Assembly: GCA_030837225.1 (NCBI GenBank)
Contig: JAUPKX010000014.1
Span: forward strand, 1 to 60,922
Reading direction: 5' to 3'
DNA length: 60,922 nt
From: Patescibacteria group bacterium
Lineage (GTDB): Bacteria; Patescibacteriota; Minisyncoccia; Phycocordibacterales; Phycocordibacteraceae
The notes beneath the pieces are model-generated. The model was given only the letters and a program-made list of their open reading frames with translations, did no database searches and was not told the origin of the DNA. This document shows positions 23,213 through 32,557 of this stretch, piece after piece (the stretch's first letter is position 1; every line of letters begins with the position of its first letter). The translations under genes were made by a program, and so were the position numbers.

Positions 23213-24361
23213 CTACTTCTTCGCTCCCTTCTTCGCTCCTTCGTAGGAGAGCGTCATGCGCTGATCCTTCGGTTCAAAGAGGGTAATGGAGAATGGGTAG
23301 GTCTTGCCGAGCTCGAGAGACTCGCGAAGCTCCACAGGAGACGCGAACTCTGAGATATGGACGAGACCAGCAACACCTTCCTCGATAGAGGCGAGTGCAC
23401 CATGCTTGTTGTACTTGATGATGACACCAGAGACCTCCATGCCCTTCTTGTAGCGGTCCTGCGCGGTCTTCCATGGGTTCTCCATGAGGGCCTTCACGGA
23501 AAGGGAAACCTTGCCGTCCTTCACCTCGATAACCTTCACGGATACCTTGTCGCCAACCTTGAACAACGAACGTGGATCCTCAACGAGGCCCCAGTCGAGC
23601 TCTGAGATATGGACGAGACCCTCGAGACCCTGCTCGAGCTTTACGAACACACCGAAGTCAACGGCGCCGGTAACCTCGCCTTCAACAACGTCACCAACCT
23701 GGTACTTGTCGATGAGCGACGCCTTCTCGTTCTCCTCGTCGCCTGCGCGCTCGGAGAAGATAAGCTTGCCCTCCTTAGCGTCCGCGGTAATGATGCGGAC
23801 CGAGAGCATAGTACCGGTAAGCTTCTGAAGTTCGCCGAAGATCTTGTCCTTGTCGCCCTCAGGAACGCGTGGGTAGTGCTCCTTGGTGAGCTGGGAAGCC
23901 GGAAGGAATCCCTGGATGCCCTGCCACGAGAGGATGAGTCCTCCCTTGTTCGCCTCGTCCACCATAAGGGTGTAGACGGTCTGAGACACAATAGCGGTCT
24001 CAGCCTCGCTCCAGATAGCTGCCTGACGTGCCTCCTTAAGGGAGAGCTCGATGTAGCCATCAAGACCCGCAGCATCAACAACCTTTGCAGAAATAGTGTC
24101 GCCAGGGTTCGCCTTGCGGAGAACGTCAGCGGCGTTTAGGTACTCGCGGCCGTAGATGATACCGGTACCGAACGGAGGAAGGTCTACGTAGAGACGTCCA
24201 CGGACGAGCTCGATGATAGTTCCCTCGATAAGGTCGCCAGCACGCGGCGGGGTAGCAATACCGTCAAGCATCCCCTCCATTGGATGGCCGGGCTCTACCG
24301 TAACGGTCGAGACAACTGGGGGAGCTTTGCGCTCCTCAGTTGCCTGAGTTTCTTCAGGCAT
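23213..24361 (-). CDS. rpsA: 30S ribosomal protein S1 (four S1 domains)
   Basis: Repeated S1 OB-fold signatures (GxV..v..fGaFV.l..g.eGLvHiSE), for example GEVTGAVDFGVFVKLEQGLEGLVHISEL. Confidence 0.85.
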   Translation of the reverse strand: MPEETQATEERKAPPVVSTVTVEPGHPMEGMLDGIATPPRAGDLIEGTIIELVRGRLYVDLPPFGTGIIYGREYLNAADVLRKANPGDTISAKVVDAAGLDGYIELSLKEARQAAIWSEAETAIVSQTVYTLMVDEANKGGLILSWQGIQGFLPASQLTKEHYPRVPEGDKDKIFGELQKLTGTMLSVRIITADAKEGKLIFSERAGDEENEKASLIDKYQVGDVVEGEVTGAVDFGVFVKLEQGLEGLVHISELDWGLVEDPRSLFKVGDKVSVKVIEVKDGKVSLSVKALMENPWKTAQDRYKKGMEVSGVIIKYNKHGALASIEEGVAGLVHISEFASPVELRESLELGKTYPFSITLFEPKDQRMTLSYEGAKKGAKK

Positions 24362-24536
24362 GATTAGAATACGAGGCGCTCATATGTGACGGGTACTAGC
24401 TGCCTTTCGGTATGCCAGGGATAGCCCGCTCACGGCTTGTATACGCGCTCGCGATAGGGAAAACCTATCATATATATAGAAAAAGGGAAGATAGAAAAGA
24501 AAAAACCCGGCGCAATGCGTCGAGTTTGAAGGGGGT

Positions 24537-24560
24537 GGGGAGACGGCGAACCGCCTCCCC
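24537..24560 (-). terminator. 10 bp GC hairpin with a UUCG loop downstream of the 48 aa ORF
   Basis: Reverse strand reads ggggaggcgg ttcg ccgtctcccc (one G-U pair). Confidence 0.55.
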
Positions 24561-24585
24561 GGGGGTTTCGGCCGCGGCCGCCCGA

Positions 24586-24732
24586 TCAGCAGCGCTGATG
24601 CGGGGCGCCGGCGGCGATCGCGGAGATGTTCAGCAGGTCCTGGCCGACGTCGATGACCGACGGGGCGCCGAGGTTCACGAAGCTCTTGAGACTATGCGGA
24701 GCCACGTGGCCCGGCGGATAACAAGTACGCAT
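24586..24732 (-). CDS. 48 aa Cys-bracketed peptide, hypothetical
   Basis: MRTCYPPGHVAPHSLKSFVNLGAPSVIDVGQDLLNISAIAAGAPHQRC. AAGGGAGAG with a 5 nt spacer before the ATG, its own TTGACA/TAACTT promoter and its own hairpin. About 66 percent G+C by hand count. Confidence 0.45.
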   Translation of the reverse strand: MRTCYPPGHVAPHSLKSFVNLGAPSVIDVGQDLLNISAIAAGAPHQRC

Positions 24733-24782
24733 GGTGCTCTCCCTTGCTTTGACATCCCGACAGCCGGGCTCATCGCTCAGGT

Positions 24783-24810
24783 AAGTTACCACACCCCTAA
24801 ATATTGTCAA
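24783..24810 (-). promoter_or_regulatory. candidate sigma70-type promoter of the 48 aa peptide gene
   Basis: Reverse strand reads TTGACA (24805-24810), 16 nt, then TAACTT (24783-24788). Confidence 0.45.
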
Positions 24811-24835
24811 TAGCCTGGGGATATGTCCTGATTAT

Positions 24836-25040
24836 TAAGAAACCTGCCCGGAAAGGGCAGGTGAGAGGGGAAAGAGCTGGCCCGCGTCTGGTGACGTCAA
24901 CCCGGATAACCGGCAACAGCCCGGAGGGGCCAGCTCTCCACGACCCTTCAAGGGTGCGCTCACTCATACTACTAGCGGCACCTACCATTCCTTCTGTTTC
25001 AGCCTGTGCACAGCCCTGACCTCCCTACCTACTCCCCTTC
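24836..25040 (-). ncRNA. candidate structured non-coding RNA of unknown class
   Basis: No credible ORF. Nested GC helices: agagctggccc 24873-24883 pairs with gggccagctct 24927-24937; there are also ccgg-ataa-ccgg and accct-tca-agggt hairpins. The reverse-strand terminator cctgccc tttcc gggcagg TTTCTT lies at 24843-24861 with no upstream reverse-strand gene. Confidence 0.2.
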
Positions 25041-25063
25041 GTTTGCGGTATAATGAAGGGAAC

Positions 25064-25705
25064 ATGGTCATCACCCACCACGGCGGGCAGTGCTTCAAGA
25101 TCACCCAAGGCGACCTCACGATCGTCTTTGATCCTATTTCTAAGGGCGGCTCTTTGCCTGCAGTCCGCTTCGGTGCAGATCTCGCGCTCGTAACCCGCAA
25201 GCACGCAGACATGAACGGCACAGACGAAGTGTCCTTCGGCGGCAAGGAACCGTTCGTTATCGACGGACCTGGAGAGTACGAGCATTCAGGTGTCAGGGTG
25301 CAAGGCTTCCTAACGAAGAGCCAGTACCAGCCAGCGAAGGGTTCGCTTGACGCGGTTAACACCGTCTACGCCATCACCGTTGATGGCATGACCCTTGTAC
25401 ACCTTGGCGCGCTTTCAGACCCAATGCTCTCGCATGACGCACGAGAAGCCATCGATGAGATCGATATCCTCTTCGTGCCGGTCGGGGGCGCAGGCGTGCT
25501 TTCTCCGGCTGAAGCATCAAAGCTCGCCGTAACGCTCCAGCCAAAGATTATTATTCCTATGCACTGGTCGGGGATGGGCGAAGCAAAGTCGCTTGAGGCG
25601 TTCCTCGGAGATGGCGGCAAGGATGTGGAGAAGGTTGATAAGCTAACCCTTAAGAAGAAGGACACGGCAGAGAAAGACGGTGCTATCATCGTGATAACCC
25701 CCTAA
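25064..25705 (+). CDS. metallo-beta-lactamase-fold protein (UPF0173-like) with a degenerate HxHxDH region
   Basis: MVITHHGGQCFKI...IVFDP...ADLALVTRKHADMNG...LFVPVGG...IIPMHW. Start moved to ATG 25064, with TATAAT 9 nt upstream. Confidence 0.6.
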   Translation: MVITHHGGQCFKITQGDLTIVFDPISKGGSLPAVRFGADLALVTRKHADMNGTDEVSFGGKEPFVIDGPGEYEHSGVRVQGFLTKSQYQPAKGSLDAVNTVYAITVDGMTLVHLGALSDPMLSHDAREAIDEIDILFVPVGGAGVLSPAEASKLAVTLQPKIIIPMHWSGMGEAKSLEAFLGDGGKDVEKVDKLTLKKKDTAEKDGAIIVITP

Positions 25706-25708
25706 TCT

Positions 25709-26077
25709 ATGGCTACCGACCGCATCATCGAGCACATCGACCGCCTCCGGGAGAAGCCGGAACATGTACGGCATCGCATTGCCGTCCTCACGGCTGCAGG
25801 TATCACAGGTGTCGTTGCGGTTACGTGGATGGGAGCGCTCGCTACCTCAGGCACGCTTGCGCTTAAGGCAACCGAGACCGCACCAGACCCTGAAGTGTCC
25901 AAATCAATCGCTGAATCTACATCGGCATTCTCAAACCTCATGGGTGCTGCAGGTGCTGCGTTCAGTGCATCTAGCTCCCAAGCCGCGCTTGATATTATCG
26001 AGACACGGACTTCGTCTACACTCGATGCCCAGGTTGCGCCTGCGAACGCGACGAATAAGACGGTTATTCCTTTTTAG
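25709..26077 (+). CDS. single-pass membrane protein, hypothetical
   Basis: 122 aa with TM segment IAVLTAAGITGVVAVTWMGAL. Translationally adjacent to its neighbours. Confidence 0.5.
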   Translation: MATDRIIEHIDRLREKPEHVRHRIAVLTAAGITGVVAVTWMGALATSGTLALKATETAPDPEVSKSIAESTSAFSNLMGAAGAAFSASSSQAALDIIETRTSSTLDAQVAPANATNKTVIPF

Positions 26078-26080
26078 TAC

Positions 26081-28564
26081 ATGGCAAAGAAAGCAGTTGT
26101 TCCTGAAGAGCCGATCGTACCGCGTGTAAACGTGATTGATCAGTCGATTGTGGGCGAGATGCGTGCCTCGTATCTTGATTACGCGATGTCGGTGATTACG
26201 TCGCGTGCGCTTCCTGACGTAAGGGACGGACTAAAGCCGGTGCACCGCCGTATTCTCTACGCGATGCGTATGACGGGCCTTACGCCTTCTGCAAAGTTCC
26301 GGAAATCGGCGACTGTGGTGGGAGAGGTGCTTGGTTCGTACCACCCGCATGGCGACTCGTCGGTATACGACGCGATGGTGAAGCTCGCGCAGGACTTCGC
26401 GACTCGGTACCCGCTTGTACAGGGTCAGGGTAACTTCGGTTCGATAGACGGGGACCCAGCCGCTGCATACCGCTATACCGAAGCGAAAATGTCGCGCCTA
26501 GCGGATGAGATGCTCAAGGATCTTGAAAAGGAGACTATCGAGTGGGCACCAAACTTTGACGGCTCGAAGCAGGAGCCCTCCGTGCTCCCGGCAGCCGTCC
26601 CGAACCTCCTACTGAACGGGACGCTCGGTATTGCCGTTGGTATGGCGACAAACATTCCGCCGCATAACCTGCGTGAGGTAGTTGCTGCTACGACGCATCT
26701 CATCGACGATCCGGATGCAACCATTGACGACCTTTTGACGCACGTAAAGGGACCTGACTTCCCTTTGGGTGCCGTTGCGTTCAACCAGACAGACATCAAG
26801 CACGCGTATACCACCGGCCGCGGGGGCGTTGTTGTGCGTGGGGAAGCCGATATTGTTGAGGAAAAGAAGGGAACGTCGATCATCATCACCTCGATTCCCT
26901 ACCGCGTGAACAAGGCGGACCTCATCACACGCATCGCAGACCTCGTGCGCGACAAGAAGCTTGAGGGCGTGAAAGACCTTCGTGACGAGTCCACGACCGA
27001 CATCCGCATCAACGTTGAGTTGAAGGGCAGTGCACACCCGCAGGCGGTGTTGAACAACCTCTACAAGCACACGGAGCTTGAGTCGACCTTCCACTACAAC
27101 ATGCTCGCACTCGTCGACGGCGTCCCGGAGACCCTCTCCCTGAAGGGCATGCTCGAGAGCTTCATTGCGCATCGTAAAGAGGTAGTGAAGCGTCGTACGG
27201 AGTTTGAGCTCCGCAAGGCACAGGAACGCGAGCACATCTTGCTCGGTCTCTCAAAGGCGCTCGACCATATCGACGAAGTTATCGCGACCATCAAGAAGGC
27301 GAAAGACGTGCCGGATGCAAGCGTACAGCTCCAGAAGAAGTTCGGTTTCTCTATCATTCAGGCGGCCGCCATTCTCGACATGCGTCTCCAGAAGCTCGCA
27401 GGTCTTGAGCGCAAGAAGATCGAGGACGAGCTCAAGGAAGTACAGGATCTTATCAAGCGTCTCCAGAAGATTCTTTCGAGTGCGAAGAACATTCTTGCGG
27501 TTGTCCGCGAGGAGCTTCAGGTGATCTCTGAGAAGTACGGCGACGACCGACGCACGAAGATCGTGAAGGGTGGCGTGAAGAACATTTCTATAGAAGATCT
27601 CGTTGCAGACGAGGAGTCCGTACTCGTGTTAACCCAAGGTGGGTACGTGAAGCGCACCAATCCTGAAGAGTTCAAGCTCCAAAAGCGCGGGGGAGTTGGC
27701 GTTATCGATATGTCTACGAAGGAAGAGGACGTCGTGACGCATTTCCTCGCAACAACCGCCCACTCTGACCTCCTCTTCTTTACGGACTTCGGCAAGGCAT
27801 ACCAGCTCAAGATGTACGAGCTTCCGGAAGGAAAGCGCGCTACCAAGGGCAAGAGCATCATGAACTTCCTGCAGCTTTCCGTTGAAGAGAAGGTAACAAG
27901 TGTCTTGGCGATGCCAAAGATGGAGAAAGGAAGTGGAGCACGTGATGCACTCTCTGTGTTCCTCGTAACCGAGTGCGGCACCATTAAGAAGGTTGAGGCG
28001 AAGTCGTTTGGCGACGTACGTCGTTCCGGCATTATCGCCATTGCGCTTAAGGGCGGCGACAAGCTCGTGTCTGCGCACCTGGCAGCCCCGGGAGACTCCG
28101 TATCGATTGTTACGGCTGAAGGCCAGTCCATTCGCTTCGATGAGAGCGAGACGCGTGCCATGGGTCGCACGGCTGCGGGTGTACGCGGTATGACCGTTAA
28201 GAAGGGAGATCGTATCGTCTCGGCGGAAGTGGTTCCTGCGGAAGCCGGCAACAACGCTTCCCTCCTCGTTATTATGGACAAGGGATACGGCAAGAAGACT
28301 TCCCTTTCTGAGTACAAGATTCAGGGGCGTGGCGGCTCCGGTATTAAGACCGCGGACGTAACCGCGAAGACCGGAAAGATTATCGGCGCCAAGGTCCTTA
28401 TTGGAGATGAGGCAAAGGATGAGGAGCTCGTGGTTATCTCGAAGAAGGGCCAGGTTATACGTTGCTTAGCCGGAGAAATTTCCACTCTGTCTCGTGCAAC
28501 GCAGGGCGTACGCATCATGAAGATGCGTGAAGGGGACTCAATCGCGTCGATGGTAGCGCTATAA
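26081..28564 (+). CDS. gyrA: DNA gyrase subunit A
   Basis: [23 protein letters not shown], catalytic YHPHGD region and C-terminal beta-pinwheel repeats. Confidence 0.97.
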   Translation: MAKKAVVPEEPIVPRVNVIDQSIVGEMRASYLDYAMSVITSRALPDVRDGLKPVHRRILYAMRMTGLTPSAKFRKSATVVGEVLGSYHPHGDSSVYDAMVKLAQDFATRYPLVQGQGNFGSIDGDPAAAYRYTEAKMSRLADEMLKDLEKETIEWAPNFDGSKQEPSVLPAAVPNLLLNGTLGIAVGMATNIPPHNLREVVAATTHLIDDPDATIDDLLTHVKGPDFPLGAVAFNQTDIKHAYTTGRGGVVVRGEADIVEEKKGTSIIITSIPYRVNKADLITRIADLVRDKKLEGVKDLRDESTTDIRINVELKGSAHPQAVLNNLYKHTELESTFHYNMLALVDGVPETLSLKGMLESFIAHRKEVVKRRTEFELRKAQEREHILLGLSKALDHIDEVIATIKKAKDVPDASVQLQKKFGFSIIQAAAILDMRLQKLAGLERKKIEDELKEVQDLIKRLQKILSSAKNILAVVREELQVISEKYGDDRRTKIVKGGVKNISIEDLVADEESVLVLTQGGYVKRTNPEEFKLQKRGGVGVIDMSTKEEDVVTHFLATTAHSDLLFFTDFGKAYQLKMYELPEGKRATKGKSIMNFLQLSVEEKVTSVLAMPKMEKGSGARDALSVFLVTECGTIKKVEAKSFGDVRRSGIIAIALKGGDKLVSAHLAAPGDSVSIVTAEGQSIRFDESETRAMGRTAAGVRGMTVKKGDRIVSAEVVPAEAGNNASLLVIMDKGYGKKTSLSEYKIQGRGGSGIKTADVTAKTGKIIGAKVLIGDEAKDEELVVISKKGQVIRCLAGEISTLSRATQGVRIMKMREGDSIASMVAL

Positions 28565-28572
28565 TATTTCTC

Positions 28573-28923
28573 ATGACTATGGAACAAGGATTTAGTGCAA
28601 TACCAAACAAGGCAGAGAAGCCCCGCTCAGAAACAGCAGTGGTTATAGAGAATCTGCTGGGTATCCTGAGCCAAGAAGCGGTTGATATATACAGCGCACT
28701 TCCGCTTATGCAAACTCGTGAAGAATACGAAGAGGGCATCGCTCGTTTTAATGAACTTGGAGCAGCGCAGTTAGATAGAGTAGATGAGAAACGGCGTGAG
28801 CAGATTGAGAATGAGAAACTCGATAAGCGACAGATTGAGACGGTTATCGAATTGCCGCCCTATGGTAGGACACTGCGCATCACACGCGCTGCCAACGGCA
28901 TCGTTACGCTTGCGAGTACGTAG
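28573..28923 (+). CDS. hypothetical protein (116 aa)
   Basis: Open frame with TATAAT 7 nt upstream of the ATG. No family recognised. Confidence 0.5.
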   Translation: MTMEQGFSAIPNKAEKPRSETAVVIENLLGILSQEAVDIYSALPLMQTREEYEEGIARFNELGAAQLDRVDEKRREQIENEKLDKRQIETVIELPPYGRTLRITRAANGIVTLAST

Positions 28924-28983
28924 TTTTAAAGGCCAGTGTTGATTGCGAGCCGCTTTATGCGGCTCGCTTGCTATACTCCCTGT

Positions 28984-29514
28984 ATGAACTTTAGTAATCC
29001 GCAGAACAACGTGCTCCAGCTTGGTCTGCGTGAAGGTATGAAGGTGGCGGACCTCGGGGCGGGTTCCGGGCACTATGCTGTTGCCGCAGGCGCAATTGTT
29101 GGACCTGAGGGCCGTGTGTATGCGGTTGATATCCAGGAAGACATCCTAAAGCATGTGAAAGACCATGCAGAGAGCAAGGGTCTTCGGAACGTGGAGACAC
29201 TGTGGGGTAACTTTGAGAAGTTGGGTGGTACGAAGCTCAGAGATGCGTCCGTTGATGCAGTTATACTTTCAAACACCCTATTCCAGCTCAATCATAGAGA
29301 AGGGGCAGTTGCTGAAATGAAGCGCATTCTAAAGAGTGGCGGACGACTCCTTGTTGTTGACTGGGCTGGTGCGTACGGGGGCATGGGGCCGCTGCCACAT
29401 CACGTTGTCTCAGAGCATGTCGCTGAAGAGTTATTCATTGGCGCTGGCTTTCATAAAGTGAAGGATTTCCGTGCGGGGCCGCATCATTACTCCATAGTCT
29501 TTACCGCACCGTAG
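28984..29514 (+). CDS. class I SAM-dependent methyltransferase
   Basis: Motif I VADLGAGSGHYA and a later VDAVILSN motif. Start moved to MNFSNPQ, with TGcTATACT 6 nt upstream. Confidence 0.75.
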   Translation: MNFSNPQNNVLQLGLREGMKVADLGAGSGHYAVAAGAIVGPEGRVYAVDIQEDILKHVKDHAESKGLRNVETLWGNFEKLGGTKLRDASVDAVILSNTLFQLNHREGAVAEMKRILKSGGRLLVVDWAGAYGGMGPLPHHVVSEHVAEELFIGAGFHKVKDFRAGPHHYSIVFTAP

Positions 29515-29515
29515 T

Positions 29516-30820
29516 ATGCCTACCTTAAAACCGTTCCAGGTGATCATCATGGGAATCTTTGGATTCATCGCGCTTGCGGGTCTGTTCCTGTTTGCGAACT
29601 TCAAGGGATTCTCGAGTGGCGAAGTGAAGGTGGGTTCGGTAGCTATCTGGGGCACGGTTCCTGCGGCAGACTTCAACAATGCGCTGTCGAGTTTTCGTGA
29701 GGCACATCAGGAATACGGAAGAGTCTCCTATACGGAGAGACCGCAAGAGACCTTTGACGCCGATCTTGCAGAGGCGATCGCCTCAGGGCGTGGTCCGGAC
29801 CTCATTGTGATTTCACAAGAGGATCTGTTGGCAGCTGAGGCAAAGCTTTCAACCATTTCCTCTAAGACTCTTTCGGAACGAGACTTTAGAGATAATTATC
29901 TTCCCATCCATGAGCTCTATCTGATTGAAGGTGGCACCTATGCTATCCCGTTTTTGGTTGATCCCCTCGTCCTCTATTACAACCGTCCTATACTCGCGTC
30001 TGCGGGCGCAGCACGGCCGCCTTCGAGCTGGGAAGCGGTTACCGGCCTTTCAGCCATTGTAAACCAACAGACGGATACTCTGACCGTAACCAGAAGTCTC
30101 ATTGCGCTCGGTACGTACGAGAACGTTAGCAATGCGCGCGCTATCCTCTCCCTCCTGTTCCTTCAAGCTGGATACAACATAACAGAGCGAAGAAGTGTGG
30201 GTTTTCGATCAGATCTATCGGATTCAGTAGGTGAGACCTTTGGGAGTTCAGCGGGAGACAGTGCGCTCAACTTCTATACGGAATTCGCCAACCCTCAAAA
30301 AACAGTCTATTCCTGGAATAGGTCGTTACCTGAAAGTCGCGATGCATTTCTTGCAGGCGACCTCGCACTCTATTTCGGTTTCGCGTCTGAGCGCGCAGGG
30401 CTCGCGGCTGCTAATCCGAACCTCGACTTCGATATGGCACCTGCACCAGTTCCTTCTTTGTCCGCAACACGCGTTAGCTACGGCCAGGCTTATGCGTTCG
30501 CTATACCGCGCGCGTCAGGCAACAAGGAGGGAGCGCTTGAAGTAGCGCTCACGTTCTCTGAAAAGGATGCCTCATCTCTATTTGCCAGAGCTCTTGGGAT
30601 GGCTCCTGCACACCGCGCTGCGCTTTCCCCGCGCGCAGGCGACCTGTTCGAACCAATCTATTATCCGGAAGCATTAATCGCACGCGGCTGGCTCTCCCCA
30701 TCGCCTGAAGATACCGATCGCATCTTTGGTACCATGGTGAATAATGTGTTGAGTGGAAGAGAAGCAGTTGGAAGCGCTATCAATACCGCTGCCGAATCGC
30801 TTTCTGCTGCGCTAAAATAA
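29516..30820 (+). CDS. extracellular solute-binding-protein-like protein with an N-terminal membrane anchor
   Basis: TM segment VIIMGIFGFIALAGLFLFA followed by a family-1 SBP-like sequence (PDLIVISQEDLL.., PFLVDPLVLYYN). No permease or ATPase gene is adjacent. Confidence 0.55.
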   Translation: MPTLKPFQVIIMGIFGFIALAGLFLFANFKGFSSGEVKVGSVAIWGTVPAADFNNALSSFREAHQEYGRVSYTERPQETFDADLAEAIASGRGPDLIVISQEDLLAAEAKLSTISSKTLSERDFRDNYLPIHELYLIEGGTYAIPFLVDPLVLYYNRPILASAGAARPPSSWEAVTGLSAIVNQQTDTLTVTRSLIALGTYENVSNARAILSLLFLQAGYNITERRSVGFRSDLSDSVGETFGSSAGDSALNFYTEFANPQKTVYSWNRSLPESRDAFLAGDLALYFGFASERAGLAAANPNLDFDMAPAPVPSLSATRVSYGQAYAFAIPRASGNKEGALEVALTFSEKDASSLFARALGMAPAHRAALSPRAGDLFEPIYYPEALIARGWLSPSPEDTDRIFGTMVNNVLSGREAVGSAINTAAESLSAALK

Positions 30821-30829
30821 TATCTATCT

Positions 30830-31288
30830 ATGAATGTACTAACCCGTATTGTCGCTACTGCAGTAGTGGTTGTGTTCCTTAGTACCCCTTTCACATTAAC
30901 CGTATTTGCTCAACAGACGGGCGGGGGATCAGCCGGAGGACAGACGGGTGGCGGTACAGTTGGTGGACAGACGGGTGGAGGTACCGATGGCAGTACAAAT
31001 CCTGGTTGTGGCTCAGAATCAGGCGGCCTGGTAAACCCACTTAAAGAAGTGTGTTCCCTCGATGATTTTTTGAAAGCGATACTTGGAGGAATTATAGATA
31101 TAGGAACTATCATCCTCATCATGATGCTCGTGTATGTCGGCTTCCTATTCGTAGCGGCACGTGGAAATGCTGAGAAGATACAGAGTGCCAAGAGCGCCCT
31201 TGTCTGGACGGTTATCGGAGGACTGATACTTCTTGGTGCCAAATCCATCCAGATGGTAATTACGGAGACGGTTAAAACACTAAGTTAG
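30830..31288 (+). CDS. pilin-like small membrane protein (TrbC/VirB2-type topology), paralog 1 with a Gly-rich linker
   Basis: Signal peptide, (GGQTGGGT)-type repeats, a Cys pair, then two hydrophobic helices separated by ARGNAEKIQSAK. Confidence 0.6.
   Translation: MNVLTRIVATAVVVVFLSTPFTLTVFAQQTGGGSAGGQTGGGTVGGQTGGGTDGSTNPGCGSESGGLVNPLKEVCSLDDFLKAILGGIIDIGTIILIMMLVYVGFLFVAARGNAEKIQSAKSALVWTVIGGLILLGAKSIQMVITETVKTLS
30907..30990 (+). repeat. in-frame Gly-rich tandem repeat inside pilin-like paralog 1
   Basis: ggaggacagacgggtggcggtaca / ggtggacagacgggtggaggtacc units encoding GGQTGGGT. Confidence 0.7.
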
Positions 31289-31289
31289 T

Positions 31290-31586
31290 ATGAGATACGC
31301 TCTGCTCCTACTTGTGCTCATAACTCCAACGTGGGCACATGCCGCTAAAAGTTTTGCTGCAGTTACAGATGATATCGTAGATCTAGTTAACGGGTCAGTG
31401 GTGCCGCTTATCTATGCGCTCGCGTTCCTATTATTTATCTTTGGTATGGTACGGTTCTTCTTCTTTGGGGGAGAAGAGAATCGTGCGAAAGGAAAAACCT
31501 TCATGCTCTGGGGCATTATCGGCTTCGTCGTTATGTTCTCGGTCTGGGGTATTGTTCGCCTTCTTTTGACGGCATTACCCGGCTAG
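31290..31586 (+). CDS. pilin-like small membrane protein, paralog 2
   Basis: Signal peptide ending AHA, helix VVPLIYALAFLLFIFGMVRFFFFGG, loop EENRAKGK, helix FMLWGIIGFVVMFSVWGIV. Confidence 0.6.
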   Translation: MRYALLLLVLITPTWAHAAKSFAAVTDDIVDLVNGSVVPLIYALAFLLFIFGMVRFFFFGGEENRAKGKTFMLWGIIGFVVMFSVWGIVRLLLTALPG

Positions 31587-31632
31587 TGCATAACAGCTTG
31601 CTCGCAACCAGTATCCTGCTACGCTTCAGTAT

Positions 31633-32031
31633 ATGAAAACATTCGCTGCTACACTCTTGCTAGGTTTCTTCACTCTATCGAATATCGCTCTTGCTCAAGC
31701 CAGTGAGCCATCCGGTAAAATCGAGGGAAAGACTCTCGATGTCTACCTCCCAAGCATTGTCGGTTTTATAAGTAATATCCTCGTTCCTTTTCTCTTCGCG
31801 ATAGCGTTCATCGTCTTCATCTGGGGCGTGTTCCAGTACTTCATTGCTGGAGGAGCGAACGAGGAGCAGCGCGACAAAGGAAAACAGCTCGTCATGTGGG
31901 GCATCATCGGATTTGTGGTTATGGTGTCGCTCTGGGGGCTCGTGAATCTCATACGGAATACGCTCAACTTCGGTGAGGACGGCAATACACCACCATTGCC
32001 GACGTTCCAGGTGACCCCTCAAGGAAACTAA
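31633..32031 (+). CDS. pilin-like small membrane protein, paralog 3
   Basis: LVPFLFAIAFIVFIWGVFQYFIAGGANEEQRDKGKQLVMWGIIGFVVMVSLWGLVN. Confidence 0.6.
   Translation: MKTFAATLLLGFFTLSNIALAQASEPSGKIEGKTLDVYLPSIVGFISNILVPFLFAIAFIVFIWGVFQYFIAGGANEEQRDKGKQLVMWGIIGFVVMVSLWGLVNLIRNTLNFGEDGNTPPLPTFQVTPQGN
31792..31855 (+). repeat. 64 nt near-identical segment shared with 32273-32336 (3 mismatches)
   Basis: ctcttcgcgatWgcgttcatcgtcttcatctggggcgtRttccagtaYttcattgctggagga occurs in paralogs 3 and 4. Confidence 0.85.
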
Positions 32032-32137
32032 CAGAGAGATTTCCGTTCTCCACACGTATTTCCTAACTCTATTGACGCACCCTTATTACCGTCTATCCTA
32101 TAGCTATACGCCCACGCGTAACCCCTAATCAAACATT

Positions 32138-32500
32138 ATGAAGAAACTAGGTTATATCAGTGCTGCATTCCTCACACCATTCTTTGCGTTCGCGCAGCAG
32201 GTGGACGCGAGAAACGTTCAGGGTCTTGGAGAAGGTATCATCGGCCTTATCAACAATGTCGCGGTTCCTCTCCTCTTCGCGATTGCGTTCATCGTCTTCA
32301 TCTGGGGCGTATTCCAGTATTTCATTGCTGGAGGACACGACGAAGAGAAGCGTGAGACCGGAAAGAGCCTCATGCTCTGGGGTATCATCGGGTTCTTCAT
32401 CATGGTCTCGGTTTGGGGTCTCGTGAATATTCTCCGCGGTACGTTCCAATTCGATAATGATATCGATTACGGCCAGGAGCTCCCTGATCGCCGTCCGTAA
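32138..32500 (+). CDS. pilin-like small membrane protein, paralog 4
   Basis: AVPLLFAIAFIVFIWGVFQYFIAGGHDEEKRETGKSLMLWGIIGFFIMVSVWGLVN. Confidence 0.6.
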   Translation: MKKLGYISAAFLTPFFAFAQQVDARNVQGLGEGIIGLINNVAVPLLFAIAFIVFIWGVFQYFIAGGHDEEKRETGKSLMLWGIIGFFIMVSVWGLVNILRGTFQFDNDIDYGQELPDRRP

Positions 32501-32557
32501 GGATTCTCTCCACACAAGAGCCCGCGCAATTGCGCGGGCTCTTGGTATTATGAGGAC

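Noticed and set aside
24836-25040. Assigning the structured gap to SRP RNA, RNase P RNA, tmRNA, 6S RNA or a known riboswitch
   Set aside because: I could not find the diagnostic motifs: the helix-8 GGAA/AGCAGC motif, GAGGAAAGUCC, a tRNA-like 3' end with GGTTCGA, or riboswitch cores. It is also too short for RNase P or tmRNA. It is left as an unknown-class candidate.
25709-26129. ORF 25764..26129 as an alternative to 25709..26077
   Set aside because: It is an out-of-frame overlap that runs into gyrA. The 25709 frame has a TM helix and tight spacing to both neighbours.
30907-30990. Short tandem repeats that could suggest a CRISPR or VNTR locus
   Set aside because: The units are contiguous with no spacers, in-frame, and encode a Gly-rich linker of pilin-like paralog 1. 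No CRISPR-like repeat-spacer architecture was seen anywhere in the window.
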